64,000 nucleotides of DNA from Epithemia pelagica (taxonomy: Eukaryota > Protista > Bacillariophyta): NCBI GenBank assembly GCA_946965045.2, contig OX337229.1, positions 1,240,001 through 1,304,000 of the forward strand, read 5' to 3'. This document shows positions 58,380 to 64,000 of this stretch, one piece after another. The position numbers were made by a program, and so were the translations under genes. The notes beneath the pieces are model-generated. The model worked only from the letters and a program-made list of their open reading frames with translations, was not told the origin of the DNA and made no database searches. Each line of letters begins with the position of its first letter. The stretch's first letter is position 1.

Positions 58380-60543
58380 CCTGACAATTTGGCACCGCGA
58401 TAGCCCGTACTAATTTGGAGCAAAATGTTTATACGGGGCTATCACGTGAGTTGACACGTAACTTCTCACAGCAACACTAATTAATGGATTTTCTTCCCTA
58501 TTCATTGTCTTTCATGTCCTTCATGGCTTTCTCAATAGACAGGATCAAGTTATTCTTGTTCATACTACCGGTTCCCTTGGCATCGAAATAGTAGCGCAGA
58601 ACCTCTTTCATTCGAGTTGCTGTCAAAGTCTTGAGGTGTTCAACGCCCTTCTTCACATCCTCCTCTAAGCCCGCGTATAACTCTTGTTTCTTCTCATCTT
58701 CCTCCTGTTGCTTTTTCTCTTTGCGCTGTCTGGCTTCTTTGGCGAGCCTCTTCTTTTCCGACTCACGCCTCTTTTTCTCTTCCTCCTGTTCGGCACCAAT
58801 TTCAGACACGGCAGCAGCAAGCTTGTTGTGTTCTTTAATCATTTTGAGCTCCTTGTCTCCATTCAAGACACGAGCGTACGAAGATATGTTGCCGGTCAGA
58901 ATGTCTTGACGGCGTTTGGCAACCTTCTTCAAAGCCCGTCCTCCAACTGTATCCACAAACAGGGCTCCGAGTGAGAGTTGTTCGTGGGTAGGATTGAGCA
59001 TGCTGTCCTGCAATTCTGTCATCTCCACTTGAAGGTGCTTGCTAGGTTTCAACTTGCCCTTGGGACCAAACATAATGGCCGCGTGGTTGGTGATATGCTT
59101 GAAGAAACGTTCTTGAACCATCTCATTGTGACGATGCTTCTTGTACATATCAAGCAGAGCTTTGGGCATCAGTTTCACTCCAGCATAGTCTTCCACTTTT
59201 GTTTTCTTTAGGTCCACAATTGGCTCGGGATCCAGCATTAGGCTTGGATCTTCCTTCAAGAGAACATAGACGGCTCGGAGCCTCACGATCTCATCCAGCG
59301 GAACCCATTTGACAATCTCGAAAACGTTTTCCTTTGCCCAAGGCTCGTCTTCTTGGTGGAAGGCATCCAGTTTGAACTTGACTGCTTGGCGGTCTTCAAT
59401 GGATAAGTTTGTCCAGACAGCGGGGAGAGCGTCATGCAAGGTTGTGCGGCCGACAAAGAACTTGTTGCCGCATGACAAGTGAGTGTCAATCTTGCGAAGC
59501 CAATCTTCAAATGATACACGAAAATCTGGATGAAGGTTGACACGCTTGAATGATTCGACCCACTTCTCAGGCTTCACCTGCTGCAGAGCTTAGTTCCGAG
59601 AAAAGGTGATCAACAATTAGGTGCCAACGAAGTTGTTGTTCCGTATTGATATTCGACCTCTTTGTGCTAGTCTTCTGGGCGGACACAACTCGTCCTCCTT
59701 TCTTGAGCTCGGGGAGTAGATTTTGACGAATCAAATAGTCGTAATGGTTCTCAGCAGATTGGTATGAAGCGTTTGTCAATTTGACAATGAGACCAATCAC
59801 TTCCTTTCGCGCTAAACCATCATTGCGCTCATCACGTGCTTTCACAATGTCCATAAGTTTTTCACGCTGAAGGGAAGACAATAGACCCCTCTCTTTCTTT
59901 TCAGCCTCTGGTTTTGGATTTGAGAACTGTTGTACTGCACGACGCAAGGTGCTTCCCGGAATAATTGCAAACTTGGTATCAGTCAGCTCCTCCCCTTGAA
60001 TGACCCGCAAAGCAGCCTCCTTCAGTAGTGCCTTCTTTGCAGGGTCCTTCCAGTTGATGTAGTTGCATCGCTTCTCTTGGTCTTTCGCTTTATCTTCTGG
60101 CATCACTTGAGTTTGTGTCTTTGGCTCGGGTGCTGGCAAGGTGACCTGCTTTTTCTTCGGGCGCCCAAGAGTGGGAGCATAGAACCAACCACGTATGTCA
60201 CTTTTGCGCTTGAGCGCTTGGCGTTCCTCTCTGGTGATCCGCTTGATGGATGCTGGCTTTGTCATTGTTGTTTCTTGCTTGACTGCACCAAATCTGATCG
60301 AGACTGTGCGTGGGCAGGTAGGTGAGATACCAATTTAATCTTTCCTTCATCTGTTTGGCGCCAAAAACACATTTTGAAGTGCCCAATCGACAGATCTCGT
60401 TCTGGGCTTTTGAATGACACCTCAAATTCCAAAATTGGTTAAGTAGAAGTTAAGTTATAAATTGTCAAAGTTTTCTACGGTGGCATCGCGGTGACCCCAG
60501 AATTCCGCCCACCAAATTTAGTCAGGCTGCCAAATTAGTCAGG
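58380..60543. mobile_element. Internally deleted pogo/Tc1-mariner-like DNA transposon
   Basis: Imperfect inverted ends CCTGACAATTTGGCA (58380-58394) and TGCCAAATTAGTCAGG (60528-60543), duplicated at 60512-60526. A second shared inverted motif CACCGCGAT-GCC-CGTA occurs at both ends. TA is seen on the left flank only. Confidence 0.55.
58498..60265 (-). pseudogene. pogo-like transposase remnant: HTH/CENP-B-like N-terminus joined out of frame to the post-catalytic C-terminus; DDE core missing
   Basis: ORF 59567-60265 (W...AALRVIQG...IPGSTLRRAV; LLSSLQREKL...GLARKEV) is followed in a shifted frame by ALQQVKPEKWVESFKRVNLHP. No DET/DG catalytic motifs lie between them. Confidence 0.55.
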
Positions 60544-60652
60544 TTGCTTCTACTCCTAGAGACGTTTCTAGCCCATACAACATATTGATATTACATCATA
60601 CCCTTCTTTTGCTAAGAGGGGAACATTGCTCCTGTTATTAAAAGACCAATCC

Positions 60653-63600
60653 CTATAGTTTCGTGGGTGGCCACTGCCATACACTTTGATTGTTTTTCGT
60701 ATTGAAGAAATACCACCTTTTTTGGCTCTTGGACCATACGCACATCCAGCCTGATGGTAAGTCAACCTGGGGCTTTGCATCTGGGCGCTGTAAATCCTCG
60801 TTTGACGGGGAATCTGAAGGTTGTGCTTTCGCCGTCGACGGAGGTGCTCCAGAACTTGACGGCTTGGGAGAAGGCGCAACCAATGAAGAATCAGAAGTTT
60901 GGGATTTAGCCAACGACGGAGGAGCGGCTGCTGAAGAGGTAGTCGGCTTGGGAGGAAGTGGGTTCGATGGAGAATCCGAGGTTTGCGGTTTGGCTGTGGA
61001 TGACTCGGCCGACACTGAAGTAGACGGTTTTGGAGGAGGAGGACGAGGTCTAGAAGAGCTCTGTGGAGGCGGTTTCGGGGGCGCCGGACGCTTTACTGAT
61101 ATAGATGGTCGCTGTGCTGGTCTCGCTCCACCTCCTGTGCTTTGTCCAACAACTTTTCCGGGTGGTGGAGGAGGTGGTGGTGTAGCTGATTTCGAAACGG
61201 GTTTCGAATGCGAGGGAGCCTGGGTACCGAATGGCGGTTTTGGTGGAGGTGGAGCGGCACCCGGCCCATTGGGCTTGCCGGTGGTGGATAGAGGCTTGGG
61301 AGGCGGTGGAATACTTGGTGAGGGTGGGCTTTGTGAGGTTTGCTTTGGTGGTGGAGGTGTTCCCGTCGTACTAGTTCCCTGTGCTTGACTTGAAGTTGGC
61401 GTCTTTGGTCGTGGGGGGACACCGCCACGAGGAGGCTTTGGAGGTGGAGGTCGCGCCCCTTGACTTTGCGTTTGGTTGACAGAACTATTGCTTTGAGGAG
61501 TTTTCGCAGATTCTTGTGACTCCATAGATAAAGTCGCTTCTTCCGTGCGCTGTTTCTTGGTCGGACGAGAGTCGATAGAGCTATCATCTGACTCTTCCCG
61601 TTTTGGCGAGGTCCTTGTCGGCGATTTCAACACGAACACCGCCTCTCCTTCTTCGACCGAATCGAAAGAGTCATGCGGAGGTGAGCTCCCCGTTTTTGAG
61701 AGCCCACGCCCCATCGAAGGAGCATGTGAGCTGTATTTCTCTGGGATCATGGAATCCGCCCTCTTCTCTTTGTAAGGATTACCAAAATTCACCATTAGTC
61801 GTGAACGGACCCTTGCTTGAATGCTATCTTCAAACTCTCCGGTAACAGGGTCAAAGAACGCCGTGGGCATTGCGTCATCGTCAACTGACCACTTCGGTGA
61901 GCCATCAATAGCTGTCGTTGATGCGACTCCGGCGTAATCATTAGAGCCATATCCCACAATCGGGGGCGACGAGAACAGCAGCCTCTCACGATAGTCCCCC
62001 ATTTTTGTCGTGGAGGTTTCGTTAACAGTTGAAACACCAACCCCAGCAAGAGAAAGAGGAGTTTGCGGCTGTTGGCTCGGGGTGGAATTACATCTCTGTG
62101 AGTTCGCGCCATCATAGTTTACTCCTTTCACATGAAGCCCTCTCGTAGTTAATCCCGTTCCTCCGAAAATCCAACGTCTACGAGATTCGTAAAACGCCTT
62201 ACGAACATCACATGAAGTGTCCGTTAGATGTTGATGACCAACAAAGAAGAGTTGTATGTTGCATACGTACCATTAGCCCTGCGGCGGGAAGATCACCTAT
62301 GAGATCAAGAACAGAGCGAGGCGATTCTTCACCCGATTCTGGTCTGCTTTTGCCCGGTTGTGTCTTTGATTCTTCTTTCGATTGATGTGCATGGGATCCA
62401 CCACTACGCCAAGGAGCTGGCATGTTTCGAAGCGCCGCCAAGTAGTTATCCAGACTTCCTCTGGGATCAAACTGACCATACCTAAGCACGGGCGGTTTGT
62501 CGTTTCGCCCTAGGACACCTGATCTCGTCCTTAAACTCATTTCTTGTCGTTCCAAGCGCTCGCTGTTGTCTTTCGCGATTTGTTCACCGTTTCTGATTTT
62601 CTGGAGACACACCTTCGAGAAGCACTGAAAAATGATAGAGTCTGCCGATGCGTCTATTTGAAGCATATTGTTTGCGCTAACCGGAAGAATATGGCGGAGG
62701 GATCGACGAAGCGCTTGATGATAATAAGGCGGTATTCGGAAACAGTAAGCGCGAATCTCATTGCGCCAAGCCTCGTCAAGAGGTATATTTATCTTTGCAG
62801 TTTTCCCGAGAGAACCTTTTCCTTCAAGCTTTTTAAGGACCCTGTGTTCTGCTTCGGCTGCGCGAAGAAGCAGCGGCAAGAGAACATGGGGATCTGGCGG
62901 AAGAAGTGTGAGAGTCGCCAGGCGACTTCCGTTTGTCGAAGAAGACAACGTTGAGCTACCGTTCAGGGGTATGTGCAATATGCCAATGTTCAAATAGTTG
63001 TCTCCATCATCAGCGCCCAGCGACGGCCTACCGGCTCCAGGACAGAAAACAGGGAAGTACTCTTGTCTCCCAGGAATGGAAACTTGGACCTGTTTGCCTC
63101 CTTCGGGGCTAAGCCATTCACAGACGTAGGTATCTCGGTGCAAACATTTTGGCTGCAATGAATTGGTGCCTTTCCTGTTCGATAGTGTTAATGAATCAAG
63201 TTTCTGAAGTTGTTTCATGACATGCAGTGGTTCAAACGATTTAGATCCCAAATTCGCGGGATACCGACTGAAAAATAGTAGCGGCTGAGCTTTGCGTGGT
63301 GGCAACGTATCTAGCTTCTTGTTTGGAAAGAATGCTTCGGGTATACACCACAGTGGGGGACTCAATACGTGTTTGGGATCCGTCGATGGTGAAACACCAG
63401 ACGAACTGGGTGTTACCGTCTGTGATACAGTCGTCGAAGATGAACCAATATACAAAAGCATTGCTCGACGGGGTTTAGCTGCACGATGATGCCCCCCTTC
63501 AACTTCATCTGGCTCTAATGCCTGCAAACTAACCAATGGACCTCCATGAATGAACGAGAGACCCTGCATGGTCTTCATAGGTTTTGGCATCATTGCTGGA

Positions 63601-64000
63601 TTCCGAATTCCAATAGGATCTGGAAGAGGAAGTTCTCGGGGAAGAGGTGGACTTATGCGTTTCAGTAAGGCGCTAGTAATCTCAGAGAGGTTTGATGAAG
63701 ATGCTTTGTGAATTATCCAATGGGATCCTCCGGTGACTTCGCAAAGTGCTTGCAGTTGGGGATGAATGTATTGCGTGGAAGAGACACCCTCCCTTCCTCC
63801 AATGCCAATGCAAAAGATCCTTTGATCCCATCGAAAAGGCTCCGTATAAAACTCTCGAAGAGGCTGCGCCCCATATTGGAGCTGTAGTGCTCCTCCGCCA
63901 AGTTTAGGAGGATGCCTAAAGCATGCGCCGTCTGTCAGGACGACCAAACATGCGGGTTGAAGTGCACTCGAAGCAGGTGTTCCAGCGTTTCCCGTGACAA
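60653..64000 (-). CDS. INTS6: Integrator subunit 6 (INTS6)-like vWA protein with a Pro-rich tail and C-terminal WW domain; 5' end outside window; intron 62198-62270
   Basis: VVLTDG, EPFRWDQRIF, LCEVTGG, WCIPEAF, IPPYYHQALRRSL and FGNPYK; terminal LPSGWMCVWSKSQKRWYFFNTKNNQSVWQWP. Confidence 0.8.

Overview
Compact, gene-dense eukaryotic nuclear DNA with short GT-AG introns (64-115 nt) and short intergenic spacers. Gene content points to a stramenopile, most likely a pennate diatom (inference from HSF, CRC, MBOAT and GT60 families and a bipartite-leader gyrase B). About 27 host protein genes are supportable: PDK, NSE4, MRD1/RBM19, a TSET TTRAY2/TWD40-2-like coat protein, a two-exon ATP synthase epsilon missed by the ORF track, two MBOATs, GPALPP1-like, HSF, MSS51-like, triple-CRC, NOG2, RPC3, two GT60-like glycosyltransferases, TVP23, SPFH, a membrane-anchored SET protein, gyrB, an ARM protein, eIF2B-beta, a 2OG-Fe(II) dioxygenase, eIF3m, an INTS6-like protein with a WW domain, and one unassigned ORF. 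There is also an intron-containing tRNA-Met(CAT). The most unusual object is a ~5.1 kb DNA transposon (44074-49156) with mixed hallmarks. It pairs an intact piggyBac-type DDD transposase with a convergent, spliced gene resembling the Kolobok KolX / P2X7-ballast domain. Its short GGC-ended inverted termini are flanked by a 3-bp TAA duplication rather than TTAA, and a TA-flanked MITE sits inside its right terminus. A second, internally deleted pogo-like element lies at ~58.4-60.5 kb. All family assignments come from motif recognition by eye; no searches were run.
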